In this document: positions 52,483 through 64,000 of the stretch, piece by piece
Layout: every line of letters starts with the position of its first letter
How positions within the stretch are numbered: position 1 is the first letter of the stretch
NCBI RefSeq assembly: GCF_004010195.1
Contig: NW_025215381.1
Location: 82,037-146,036, forward strand
Reading direction: 5' to 3'
From: Chiloscyllium plagiosum
Lineage: Eukaryota
Length of the DNA stretch: 64,000 nt
Program-made: the position numbers and the translations under genes
The notes under the pieces: model-generated
Databases searched by the model: none
What the model was told of the DNA's origin: nothing
Seen by the model: the letters and a program-made list of their open reading frames with translations, nothing else

Positions 52483-53074
52483 CCCAAAGGAGCCTTCCAA
52501 ATAAAACTGATTGAAGTGAACCAGTTATACATGTCACGCATTGGCTTTCTGGAAGGGGTGGTTTTATTTGCCCCGAAAAGTGAGGTTGAAAGATAAGAGT
52601 TAAACATAGGGGAAAACTGAAAACCATATTCTAGCACCCACTTAGAAATGACAGGTCAGATTGTTTCTTGTAAACTCACTTCCCAAAATACATTGGCACC
52701 CCAGATGCTTGTGACCACAATGTGGTTTCTCCATGTTCACCATTGCTGATATTAGAGTTTGATGTCAGAGCACAAACAATGGATTTCCAAGCTGAATTCC
52801 TAACACTTAATCCTATGTTGTTGCTTTTCAGCTGATGTTCCTGTATTGTCACTCCAGTAACAGCCTCTGCACTCCTGCTCAATGTGCAGAGAGTATGGTT
52901 CACATGGAGCTGAGACTTCTCCCTAGCATGGGCAAAGAGACTGAGAAGTCCTGAGACAGAGGGAGCTCGCCCCCCTCCCTTGACAGCACCCAAGAGCAAA
53001 ATGTCACCCGCTCCAACTAATGTCAAAGCAGAAGTTAAACTCTTCACTCTAACCTGCATTCTTTCGCTGTCCAT

Positions 53075-54195
53075 GAGATAGAGGAGCAGAATAAGGCCTT
53101 TCAGCCCATCATGTCTGCTCCACTATTCATGCATGGCTGATTTGTTTCTCCATCCCAATTTCCTGCCTTCTCTCAGTCCCTTACTAATCTAGAATCCATC
53201 CATCTCTGACTTGGGTGGCATGGTGGCACAGTGGTTAGCACTGCTGCCTCATAGCACCAGAGACCTAGGTTCAATTCCCACCTTGGGCAGCTATCTGTGT
53301 GGAGTGTGCACATTTTTCCTGTGTCTGTGTGGGTTTCCTCTGGTTTCCTCCCATAGTCCAAAGATGTGCAGGTTAGGTGAATTGGCCATGCTTATTTGCC
53401 TGTAGTGTTAGGTGTAGGGGAATGGGTGTAATCTAATCTTAATCACACTCAATGACTTGGCCTGCACCATTTCCTGTAGCAATGCAGGCCAAGGGAGGGG
53501 GGCGAGCTCCCTCTGAGTAAATTCCTTTTCATCTCAGTTTGAAAGGACCATCCCTTCACTGTGAGGCTGTGCCCTCGGGCCCTCAACTCTCCTACTCATG
53601 GGAACATCTTCTCCACGTTCTGTCTATCCAGGCCTCTCAACATTCTGTACATTTCCATCAGATTCCTCCCCCCCACCCCATCTTTATCCTTCTCAACTCC
53701 ATTGAGTACAGTCCTCAATCTCTCCTCACATGATAGGGTTTTCAGCTCCGGGATAAATCTTGTGAACCTCCTCTGGACCCCCTCCAAGGCCAGCACATCC
53801 TTCTTTAGATACGGGGCCCCAAACTGCTCACAGTAATCCAAATGCAGTCTGACCAGTGCCTAATAGAGCCTCAACAGTACATCTCTGTTCTTTCAGCTTC
53901 AGATTCTAGAAGCCTCTCACCATTTGGAAATAGTCTATTCTTTGATTCTTCCTCCCAAAGTGCATAACCTTACCCTTTCCAACATTGCATTCCATCCTGT
54001 ATTTCTTCTAGGCTGTCCGTGTCCTTCAACAGCCTCCTCAACACTACCTGTCCCTCCACCTATCTCTGTATCATTTGCTAACATAACAACACACCCTCAG
54101 TTCCTTATTCCAGATCGTCCATGTATAGCGTCAATAGCTGTGATCCTAACACTGACCTGTGCGGAACGTCCCCTGTCACCAGATGCCATCCTGAA
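53075..54195 (-). mobile_element. CR1 3' fragment interrupted by a + strand V-SINE (53213-53440)
   Basis: Minus ORF DYCEQFGAPYLKKDVLALEGVQRRFTRFIP. Confidence 0.85.
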
Positions 54196-54214
54196 ATTAG
54201 AGGGAGGAAACTCT

Positions 54215-55635
54215 CCTGTCCTCGGAAGGATATTGTGAAACTCAAAAGGGTTCTGAAAAGAGTTACAAGGATGTTGCGAGAGATGCAGGCTTTGAGCTAT
54301 AGAGAGAGGCTGAACAGGCTGGGGCTGTTTTCCCTGGAGCATCGGAGGCTGAGGGGGTGACCTTATAGAGGTGTATAAAAACATGAGGGGCATGGATAGG
54401 ATAAACAGACAAGGTCTTTTCCCTCGGGTGGGGAGTGCAGAACTAGAGGGTATAGGTTTAGGATGTACCTAAGAGGTAACTTTTTCACACAGAGGGTGGT
54501 GCGTGTATAGAATGAGCTGCCAGAGGAAATGGTGAAGGGTGGTACAATTACAGCATTTAAAAGACATCTGGATGGGGATATGAATCGAAGGGTTTAGAAG
54601 GATATGGGCCAGATGCTGGCAAATGTGGAGTGCCACAAGGATCAGTGCTGGGTCCACAACTTTTCATCATTTATATAAATGATTTGGATGGCAGCATAAG
54701 AGGTTTAGTTAGTAAGGTTGCAGATGACACCAAAATTGGAGTGTAGTGGACAGCAAAGAAGGTTACTTTAGAGTACAACGGGATTTTGATCAGATGGGCC
54801 AGTGGGCTGAGAAGTGGCAGATGGGGTTTATTTTAGATAAATGCGAGGTGCTGCATTTTGGGAAAGCAAGTCTTAGCAGGACTTATACACTTAATGGTAA
54901 GGTCCTAGGGAGTGTTGCTGAACAAAGAGACTTTGGAGTGCAGGTTCATAGCTCCTTGAAAGTGGAGTTGCAGGTAGATACTCTAGTGAAGAAGGCATTT
55001 AGTATGCTTTCCTTTATTGGCCAGAGTATTGAGTACAGGAGTTGGGAGGTCATGTTCCAGCTGTACAGGACATTGGTTGTGCCACAATGTTGGAATATTG
55101 CATGCAATTCTGGTCTCCTTCCTATCGGAAAGATGTTGTGAAACTTGAAAGAGATCAGAAAAGATTTACAAGGATGTTGCCAGGGTTGGAGGATTTGAGC
55201 TATAGGGAGAGGCTGAACAGTCTGGGGATGTTTTCCCTGGAATGTTGGAGGCTGAGGGGTGACCTTATAGAGGTTTACAAAATCATGAAGGGCATGGATA
55301 GGATAAATAGACAAAATCTTTTCCCTCGGGTGGTGGAGTCCAGAACTAGAGGGCATTGGTTTAGGGTGAGAGGGGAAAGATATAAAAGAGACTTAAGGGG
55401 CAACCTTTTCACTCAGAGAGTGGTACGAGTATGGAATGAGTTGCCAGAGGATGTGGTGGAGGCTAGTACAATTGCAACATTTAAAAGGCATCTGGATGGG
55501 TATATGAATAGGAAGGGTTTGGAGGGATATTGGCTGGGTGCTGGCGGGTGGCACTAGATTGGGTTGGGATATCTGGTCAGCATGGACGAGTTGGACAGAG
55601 GGTCTGTTTCCATGCTGTACATCTCTATGACTCTG
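54215..55635 (+). mobile_element. Two tandem CR1 3' fragments (54215-54625 and 54626-55635)
   Basis: ORFs 54121-54360, 54746-55141 and 55042-55557; intact tail at 55560-55635. Confidence 0.93.
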
Positions 55636-56605
55636 TAAATGGGACTAGATTTGGTTAGGTTATCTGGTCAGCACTGGACTGAAGGGTGTGTTTCCGTGCT
55701 GGCCAGCTCTATGACTCTATGACCCTATTGACCATTCTTGTTCTGCAGCTTTCACTCTCGTTACTATTGATGCCCATTGTTGCCTCTATCAGGAGCGATG
55801 GGGACAATGTTTCAATGTTCTGTGGTCATAATTCGGAGGGGCAGCATAATGCTCTGTCATAACGGGTTTAAATCACACCATGACTGCTGGTGAAATTTAA
55901 GTGCAGTTAATAAATCTGTGGTACTGTCCCTACCTGTGAGCCAGGAGTCCAGGGTTTGATTCCCGCCTGCTCTAGATGTGTGTTATAACACCCCTGAACA
56001 GGTTGATAGTTGGAAATAAAAACTTTGGGCTGAAATCACCACTAATTATGGTCAAAAACAGTAAGGACCTTTAGGAAGGGAGAGCTTTCCCCTAATCATC
56101 CCATTGAGAGATGTCCCTACACATCAGGGGCAGCTTGAACCTGGGTCGCCACAATCCAGGGGCAGGAATGCTACCACAGCACCACATGAGGACCGACAGC
56201 CACCTTACCCCAGCTCGGACTGAGAACACACAACCCCTGGCTTACAAGGGCAGTGCCTTATCCATTAGGCCACTGGCACGCACAGCTAATGAGAGATTTC
56301 CCAGCCCATTCTTCATGTGAATGCAGAACTCTGGCTCGCTCTGAAATGGAGAGTGAACTGTTCATTTCGATGACAATTAGAGCTGAGCAATAACTGTTGC
56401 CTTGATAGCGCCCATTACACACAATAAATCTGCACGTCCTCTTTCAGTTTTGCTTCTCCTGCTGTCTTTTGCATCTCTCTGTTTCCAAACCCCATAGCAG
56501 CGCCAATCTGTTTCCTCGCTCCCATTGCCTTTGTCTCTCTTCTTCTCTCCATCTACATTTCAACACCCCAGTGGCACCTTCCCCCATAACCCTCTGTCAC
56601 CTTAC

Positions 56606-56764
56606 CTTGCCCGGAATCACCGTTGGTGAGCAGGTTGAGCATGGGGTTGAGTGTACCGATGTAGAGGAAATGCCGCAGCTGTATGACTGAAAGCCAGAGC
56701 AGGTGAGTGAGGAAGACCTTTGAAAAGATGCAGCTCCTGAACGATGGGGTCTCCTCTTCCACTC
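56606..56764 (-). CDS. slc43a3: SLC43A3-like exon (VEEETPSFRSCIFSKVFLTHLLWLSVIQLRHFLYIGTLNPMLNLLTNGDSGQ)
   Basis: Pyrimidine tract plus AAG acceptor (a GAG 3 nt inside is an in-frame alternative), GTAAGG donor, 159 nt, phase 1 to 1; WLSVIQL.H.L.IGTLN motif. Confidence 0.95.
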
Positions 56765-57004
56765 CTTGGCAGGAGAGGAGGGGGTTGGGGGGGACAAACA
56801 AAGAATTAAAAGGTGGAAGAGGTAAAGAAGAGAGAAACTAGTCCGTACTTGCGCAGATCACTGAAAAACAAAAAATGAAATCAAAACTAGCGGCAGGCTG
56901 AAACTTTAGTCCTTTCATCGCATTAGCTGAGGCAACAGACGGTAGCTTTTTGTATTGGCCTTTTGAGATTTTTCACAAAACTATCCTAATTCTCTCACGG
57001 TTTC

Positions 57005-57292
57005 AGATTAGATTAGATTCCCTACAGTGTGGAAACAGGCCTTTCGGCCCAACAAGTCCACACCACCCTCTGAAGAGTAACTTGCCCCCCTGATGAATGC
57101 ACCTGACACAATAGGCAATTTAGCATGGCCAATTCACCTGGCCTGCACATCTTTGGACTGTGGGAGGAAATGGACCAAACCCATGAAGAATACGCAAACT
57201 CCACACAGACAGTCACTCAAGGCTGGAATTGAATCTAGGACCCTGGTGCTGTGAGGCAGCAGTGCTGACATTTGAGCCACTGTGCCGCCCCA
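57005..57292 (-). mobile_element. HE1-like V-SINE
   Basis: Reverse-complement full-length SINE with (TAATC)n tail. Confidence 0.9.
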
Positions 57293-57469
57293 ATTTCCAG
57301 CATGGAACCAGCAATTGAACCCTTCAGCCTAACTGATCCATGCTGACCAGGTTTCCCAAACTGAAACTGTCCCAATTGTCTGCCTTTGGCCCATATACCC
57401 CTGAACCTTTCCTATTCTTGTACCTCTCCAAATGTACTTTAAATGTTGCAATGGTACCCTTCTCGACCA

Positions 57470-58270
57470 AAGAGTCTTGGAGATGTACAGCATGGAAACA
57501 GACCCTTCAGTCCAACTCGTCCATGCTGACCAGATATCCTAAATTAATCTAGTCCCATTTGTCTCATATCCCTCTAAACCCTTCCTATTCATATACCCTT
57601 CCAGATGCCTTTTGAATGTTGTAATTGTACCAGCCTCCACCACTTCCTCTGGCAGCTCATTCCATACACGTACCACCCTCTGTGTGAAAAAGATGCCCCT
57701 CTGGTCCCTTTTAAATGTCTCCCCTCTCGCCCTAAACCCCTGCTCTCTAGTTCTGGACGCCCCCACCCTGGGGAAAGACTTTGACTATTCACCTCATCGA
57801 TGCACCTCATTGTTATATAAACCTTTATCAGGTCACCCCTCAGCCTGCAATGCTCCAGGGAAAAAAAGCTTTTCCTTATAACCCAAACTTTGCAAACTCA
57901 GTAACATTCTTGTAAACCTTTCTGGCACCCTTTCTATTATAATAATATCCTTCCACTAGCATGGCGATTAGAATTGTATGCAGTACTCTAAATGTGGCCT
58001 TACTAAAGTCTTGTATAATTATAAAATGATGCCCCACTTCCTCCACTCAATGGTCTAATCGATGAAGGCAAGCATGCCAAATGCTTTCTTCACCACCCTG
58101 TCCACCTGCGATGCCACTTTCAAGGAACTCTGCACCCCTAGTTGTGTCTTTCACCAACACTCTCCAGGGCCCTAACATTAATTGTGTAAGTCCGTGTTTG
58201 TCTTCAAAATACAATCCCTTGCATTGATCTGCATTAAACTCTATCTGTCGCTCACTGGCCCACTGACTCA
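57470..58270 (-). mobile_element. CR1 3' fragment
   Basis: Minus ORF FFTQRVVRVWNELPEEVVEAGTITTFKRHL. Confidence 0.9.
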
Positions 58271-58360
58271 GTGGGAGGGAGAGGAGGAAGGAAAAGAGGA
58301 GATTGAGAAGGGAGGGGAGAGGGAAGGAATTGGAGGCAGAGAGAGCCCATGTTTTCAAAC

Positions 58361-58593
58361 CTCCTTGTTCTTTGGTCTGAGTTTTCCAACCGTCAACCAT
58401 TTCCTCCTTTTCCATTCTGTCTCCCCTGTCCGGTTGCATGATTTTAGATGTCTCTCTGCCAGGCTCTTCCACCTCCATCCACCTCCTGGGGGTCCACCGG
58501 ATGGTTCCATCTCCACCTCTTACAGTTTTCCTCTGGCTCGGAGTCTCCTGTGCTCGGGATAAGGATTTCAATCCGAAATCTGTACAAGTGATC
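58361..58593 (-). CDS. slc43a3: SLC43A3-like central cytoplasmic-loop exon (ITCTDFGLKSLSRAQETPSQ...QTKEQG)
   Basis: gatAG acceptor giving the phase-2 join YSYG-ITC, an open hydrophilic frame, and GAG|GTTTGA donor giving phase 1 to match the next exon. The donor choice is inferred. Confidence 0.75.
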
Positions 58594-58699
58594 CTATCCA
58601 GACAAGGGAGGAATCTGCTTATCGAAGATACGGCCGCAATTGAACAATCCAAATGATTTTGTTCAAACGAATGAGGGGCATCTAATTACTGCAGGATGG

Positions 58700-59890
58700 T
58701 ACTACCACAGAACACACCAGATGGCCTCCTTCTTTAGAGACCACAATTTCCCTTCCCATGTGGTTAAAGATGCCCTCCAACACATCTCATCCACATCCCG
58801 CACCTCCGCCCTCAGACCCCAACCCTCCAACCGTAACAAGGACAGAACGACCCTGGTGCTCACCTTCCACCCGACCAACCTTCGCATTAACCAAATCATC
58901 TGCTGACATTTCCGCCACCTCCAAACGGACCCCACTACCAGGGATATATTTCCCTCCCCACCCCTTTCAACCTTCCGCAAAGACCGTTCCCGCCGTGACG
59001 ACCTGGTCAGGTCCATGCCCCCCTACAACCCACCCTCCTGTCCTGGCACCTTCCCCTGCCACCACAGGAATTGCAAAACCTGCCCCCACACCTCCTCCCT
59101 CACCTCCATCCAAGGCCCTAAAGGAGCCTTCCACATCCATCAAAGTTTCTTCCGCCTCGGAACACTTCAACCCCAGGGCATCGATGTGGACTTCAACAGT
59201 TTCCTCATTTCCCTTTCCCCCACCTCATCCCAGTTCCACACTTCCAGCTCAGCACTGTCCCCATGATTTGTCTTACCTGCCTATCTTCTTTTCCACCTAT
59301 CCACTCCACCCTCCTCCCTGACCTATCACCTTCATCCCCTCCCCCACTCACCTATTGTACTCTATGCTATTTTCTCCCCACCTCCACCCTCCTCTCATTT
59401 ATCTTTCCAGCCTTTAGGCACTCTGCCTGTATTCCTGATGAAGGGCTTTTGCCCGAAATGTCAATTTTATTGGTCCTCGGATGCTGCCTGAACTGCTGTG
59501 CTTTTCCAGCACCACTGATCCAGAATCTGGTTTCCAACATCTGCAGTCATTGGTTTTACCTAGTTGATTCTAACCCTACTCTGAATCCTCTTGCAAGGAT
59601 GCCTGCCTTGAAGAAGTTTTCCTCCCCTCTCTACAAGAATCTCAGGGAGTCCCTCTTCCACTGCAACTCCCAGGTCATTTCCTCTGCCCTGAAGCTCTTC
59701 AACCATGTCCTGAAACAAACTCGCTACTACAGCCACATTTGCTTCCTCAGTGCCTGCCTCCGTAACCAACTCATCCCACACGGACTCCGGACCATCTTTA
59801 AACCAGCAGAGTTCGGACCCGAACAGGACAAACAGTAGAGACTACAGATTCAAAAACACCAGCAATGGTTCTCCTTCAAGATCCTCCAGA
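58700..59890 (+). mobile_element. Penelope-like element: ORF 3' remnant, terminal repeat, then restart of the ORF N-terminus
   Basis: MASFFRDHNFPSHVV..LVLTFHPTN and PGTFPCHHRNCKTCPH (CC linker before GIY-YIG); hammerhead motif at 59435; then HICFLSACLRNQLIPHG. Confidence 0.85.
59431..59466 (+). ncRNA. Minimal hammerhead ribozyme motif (partly decayed)
   Basis: CUGAUGA-A-[GGGC uuuu GCCC]-GAAA-UGUC; stem I is weak in this copy. Confidence 0.55.
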
Positions 59891-60306
59891 CAGAAAGGGA
59901 CAATTCTGACAGATAAGTCAAGATCTGTCTGTGTGGAACTCCAAATGGGGTGAACACAGCAATGTCAAGGGCACACATGCGGTCTTGGTGGAGGACTTTA
60001 ATGTGCACCGCAAAGAGGGTCGCTACAAGCCCAATATTCAACTCGAAAGGACACAACTGCTTTACTCAGTCTGTGGTAGCAACAAGATGGGCAAAACCTA
60101 TTTGAGCTGACCACCTACCTAACAGAGGCATCTCCCATCAGAGTACTGAAACAAGCAGATACAAGCAGCCTCTGCTCAGTCCTTATGTGGAAGAACCAAA
60201 ATATGACCAATTTGAACAGACTGCGCCACTAAAAACTGGGCATCGTGGAGAAAATGTGGACCCGCAACAGCAGCAGCACTGTATTCAGTCAGAAGCTGTA
60301 ACCTCT

Positions 60307-60610
60307 GGGCGGCACGGTGGCACAGTGGTTAGCACTGCTGCCTCACGGCGCCAGAGACCCGGGTTCAATTCCCGCCTCAGGTGACTGACTGTGTGGAACT
60401 TGCACATTCTCCCCGTGTCTGCGTGGGTTTCCTCCCACAGTCCAAAGATGTGCAGGTCAGGTGAATTGGCCATGCTAAATTGCCCCTAGTGTTAGGGAAG
60501 GGGTAAATGTATGGGTGGGTTGCGCTTCAGCGGGGCCGTGTGGACTTGTTGGGCCGAAGGGCCTGTTTCCACACTTTAAGTAATCTAATCTAATTTAAGT
60601 AATCTAATCT
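60307..60610 (+). mobile_element. HE1-like V-SINE, young (CpGs retained)
   Basis: gggcggcacggtggcacagtggttagcac...ccgggttcaattcccg; duplicated tail. Confidence 0.94.
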
Positions 60611-60764
60611 CATGCACTGACATGTTCCCCCATTCTTCCATTAGCATTGATTCAAGGGTCCAATCCTGATCTAATGAAAATTCAATCCATCACAAAAAGG
60701 AACAGGAGTAGGCCATTCAGCCCATTGATACTACTCCACCATTGAATAGGACCATAGCTGGACA

Positions 60765-60960
60765 TGTGGGGCAATTTAGCATGGCCAGTCCACCTAACCT
60801 ACACATCTTTGGCTATGAAAGGAAACCAGAGCACCTGGAGGAAACCCAAGTCGACACCGAGAGAACAAACTCCACACAGACAGTTGCCCGAGGGTGGAAT
60901 TGAACCTGGGTTTCTGGTGCTATGAGGCAGCAGTACTGACCACTGAGTCACTATGTCACC
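60765..60960 (-). mobile_element. HE1-like V-SINE 5' half
   Basis: Reverse-complement head and V-domain. Confidence 0.85.
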
Positions 60961-61067
60961 CTCTGGACATTCCCCAATTGGATTCGAGGCTTTCCAGTGA
61001 ATCTTGAGAAAGCAGCCGAATCCTTCAATGAGATTGCAGACTTGTACACACTCCCTGTGCTACTTAC

Positions 61068-61207
61068 CCATAGCTGTAGTCCTTTGGGAGCTGGTTGGGA
61101 ATTTGTGTCTGTGGGAGCAGGAAAAGGGTACTACAAATGTGGATGGAGCTGAAGCAGCTGATGAAGATGAACATGGATCTCAGGGATACACCAGACTCGT
61201 ACAAACC
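61068..61207 (-). CDS. slc43a3: SLC43A3-like exon (GLYESGVSLRSMFIFISCFSSIHICSTLFLLPQTQIPNQLPKDYSYG)
   Basis: tctAG acceptor, GTAAGT donor, 140 nt, phase 0 to 2. Confidence 0.95.
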
Positions 61208-62034
61208 CTAGAGAAGATGTGTCAGCATGTGAAGAAATGAAATACATATTACTAACAGCTCACATAAGATTCCATCTAATCTTCCCACTTCTGCCTCATT
61301 GCTAGAGTCACAGAATCCTGACAGTGCAAATAGAGGCCATTTGGCCCATTGAGTTTACACTAACCCTCCAAAAAACATCTCACCCGTACCCCTGTAATCC
61401 CGCATTTTCCACAGCTAATCCATCTAACCTGCACATCCCTGGACACTCTGGGACAATTTCCCATGGCCAATCCACCCTAACCTGCACATCCCTGGACACT
61501 ATGGGACAATTTTCCATGGCCAATTGACCTAACCTGCACATCCATGGAAACTATGGGCAATTTCCTATGGCGAATCTATCTATCTAACCTTTGGGCTGTG
61601 GGAGGAAACCGGATCACCGGGAGGATGCACTTATTCCTGTTCAATACCTAATGCATCTCCAGCCTTCTCTCTTCCGTGTTCTGCCTTTCCACTGCTTTCT
61701 CAGTTGCCTCTTGGCTTTCCCGTTTGCAGTACCTTTCATTTCTTTGCCACCTCCTTGTCTCTCAGTTCTATTCTCTGTTCTTTTCACACCCATGTATTCT
61801 CCTCAGCCTCTTCCCCCAGCCTCTTTCTCACTGGCAATGGGAAGAACACCACAGAGGATCTGCAATACAGAAAAGGCCTTTCAGCCCATTGAAACTGCAT
61901 TGGTCACAATCATCTAACTTGTCCTTTCACATTTTCCAACACCTGGCCTTATCCTTAACATTGCAAGTGCACATTGATACGCTTGCCCAATGTGATGAGA
62001 GTTTCTGACTCTCCCACTGATACAGGAAGAGGGG

Positions 62035-62370
62035 AGAGAGGTGATGGCCCAGTGGTGTTATCGCTGCACTGTTAACGTGGAAACCCACCTCGGAGCCTGA
62101 GCTCAAATCTTGCCCCAGTAGGCGGTGGGATTTGAATTCAGTTAAAAATCTGGAATTATGTGCCTAATGGTGACCATGCATCCATTCTTGGGAAAAAAGC
62201 TTATCAGGTTCGCTCATGCCCTTTAGAGAAGGAAATCTGCCATCTTTACCTGGTCTGGCCTACCTGAAACTCAGACCCTCAGCAATGTTCTTGACTCAAA
62301 GCTGCCCTCTCGGGATGGATAATAAATCCTGGCCTGGCCAGTGATATCCACATCCCATGAATGAATTAAA
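62035..62370 (+). mobile_element. Deu-domain SINE, near full length
   Basis: tRNA-like head, Deu core gaaggaaatctgccatctttacctggtctggcctac, tail cacatcccatgaatgaat. Confidence 0.85.
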
Positions 62371-62503
62371 CAAGAAAGGCAGTGGTTTTCTGGAAGATGG
62401 ATAAGGCCAGTATGTTATCTCCTGCTACACTCTCCTAAGTCTGTTCTGGAACGTGATTCCAGCATGTTACACCATCTGTTTGTTCCCTTACTGCCCACCT
62501 CAC

Positions 62504-62596
62504 CTTCACCAGCAGATACACGGCTGCTGACGATCCGAAAGCCCCATTGTAGAGTGTGATGACGGTGGCACGTTTGTTCCCGAATAGATTCCCAAC
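62504..62596 (-). CDS. slc43a3: SLC43A3-like exon ([31 protein letters not shown]); most 5' exon found in the window
   Basis: tccAG acceptor, GTGAGG donor, 93 nt, phase 0 to 0; [15 protein letters not shown] motif. Confidence 0.95.
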
Positions 62597-62719
62597 CTGG
62601 AGTCAGAGAGAACAGAAACCATCAGTGGATTGGGGGTGGTGTGTAATCCTGCAAGCCATTCTGGGAGTTAGCAGTCTATACTGAACAGTGATGGGCATGG
62701 ATCCAATCTCGGCCTTGCA

Positions 62720-63312
62720 CTGAGAGAACCATATCGCACATGGTTTAGACAGAGAGAGCATGTTTCCTTATATGGGGCATCCAGAATGAGAGGGCCTCAA
62801 TTTAAGATGAGGGATAGCTGATTTCCAACGGAGATGAGGAGGAATGACTTTGCTCATAGGGCCGTGAAACTGTGGAATCCACTCCCTCAGACAGCAATGG
62901 ATACTGGGATATTGAATCAATTTGTAGAATCCTTACGGTATAGGAAGAGGTAATTTCCCCCAACAAGTCTGTACCAACCCTCGAGCCCTCTGGGCAATCC
63001 ACCGGACCTGCACATTTTTGGACTGTGGGAGGAATCCAGATCAAACCCACGCACACATGGGGAGAACAGGTAAACTCCACACAGGCAGTCGCCCAAGGGT
63101 GGAATCGAATCCAGGTCCCTGGTACTGTGGGGCAGCAGTGCTGAGCTACCATACCAACCTGGAAGGTAAGGAGACAGACAGATTTTTAATGAGCAGCAGA
63201 AGGGTTATGGAAGGCAGGCAGGAAAGTGGAGTTGAGGCCGAGATGAGATCAGCCATGATTGTTTCGAATGGTGGAGCAGGCTCAAGGGGCTGAATGGCCT
63301 CATCCTGTTCCT
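62720..63312 (+). mobile_element. Old CR1 3' fragment interrupted by a minus-strand V-SINE (about 62930-63150)
   Basis: CR1 sequence resumes at 63160 (gagacagacagatttttaat...gaatggcct). Confidence 0.7.
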
Positions 63313-64000
63313 CCTGGTATTTACAGTGTCCAGCCCTCGTGAGCTAGCAGGAATGGCCTCAACACCACAGGTCATTGGCATACCCAGTCACAGTAAATGG
63401 CTCCAATTCCCTTCACTTCCCTCAACTATCCAATTGTTAACAGCAGAGCTTAACAAAACAGAAACACAGAAATGATGGAAAGAGGTATATTTCTTCAACG
63501 CTGTTGGCATAAGACTATTAAATTATATGAGCAGAATTAGGTCAGTCAGCCCTAATGTTTTAAGTGATCTGAACTGATTCTCCCTCTTATTAGCAGTACG
63601 TCACGGAATCCTATTGACTGATGCTAATGACATGCATTCGGCTCCCCGAGATAATAATATTCACGAGAAAGGGCTTCGATTAAGGGGCTACTCTCCAAAA
63701 GCAGGAGACAATGGCCTTGTGGAGTTATTAACCCAGAAACACCCAGGTCATGATGTGGGGAGCCAGGTTCAAATCCCTGCCACAGCAGATGGTGGATTCA
63801 ATATAAAACCTGAAATTAGGGTCTAATGATGACCAAATTGTCAGTAGGGGAGGGTAACCCATCTGTTACCTTCCATAAGGTAGGTAACTGCTGTCATGAC
63901 CTGGTGTGGCTTAGAATTATCCAACTGTGGTTGACAAATAACTGCCTGACTGGCGATAAATGCTGACCTACTGTGAAGAGAGTGCTGAGAACATTCAGAA

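Noticed and set aside
60307..60385. tRNA genes at box A/B-containing heads (also 6238, 28448, 40272, 48629, 53213)
   Set aside because: Each continues into a V-domain and a LINE-derived tail, so these are SINEs.

Overview
Repeat-rich vertebrate genomic DNA, almost certainly from a cartilaginous fish (shark or ray), judged from HER1/CR1-type LINEs, HE1-type V-SINEs and Deu-domain SINEs. Two protein-coding genes can be reconstructed by eye. (1) An intact two-exon class A 7TM receptor of the elasmobranch 'GPR139-like' type (+, 7566-7632 joined to 8899-9800, 322 aa). (2) The last eight coding exons of an SLC43A3-type MFS nucleobase transporter (-, 62596 down to 46835, all intron phases consistent); its 5' exons lie beyond the window. 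The rest is mostly decayed CR1, L2, Tx1/L1, Rex1-like and Penelope retroelements, SINEs and two solo-LTR candidates with target-site duplications. There are also two 29-bp-unit tandem arrays, one visibly amplified from a LINE reverse-transcriptase segment, and an alternating-orientation palindromic array. The most notable hidden structure is a set of minimal hammerhead-ribozyme motifs in the Penelope terminal repeats. An AT-rich but CpG-retaining stretch (about 33-38.3 kb) with short splice-bounded segments remains unexplained. No prokaryotic-type system is present. Repeat boundaries are approximate; exon boundaries were counted to the base.
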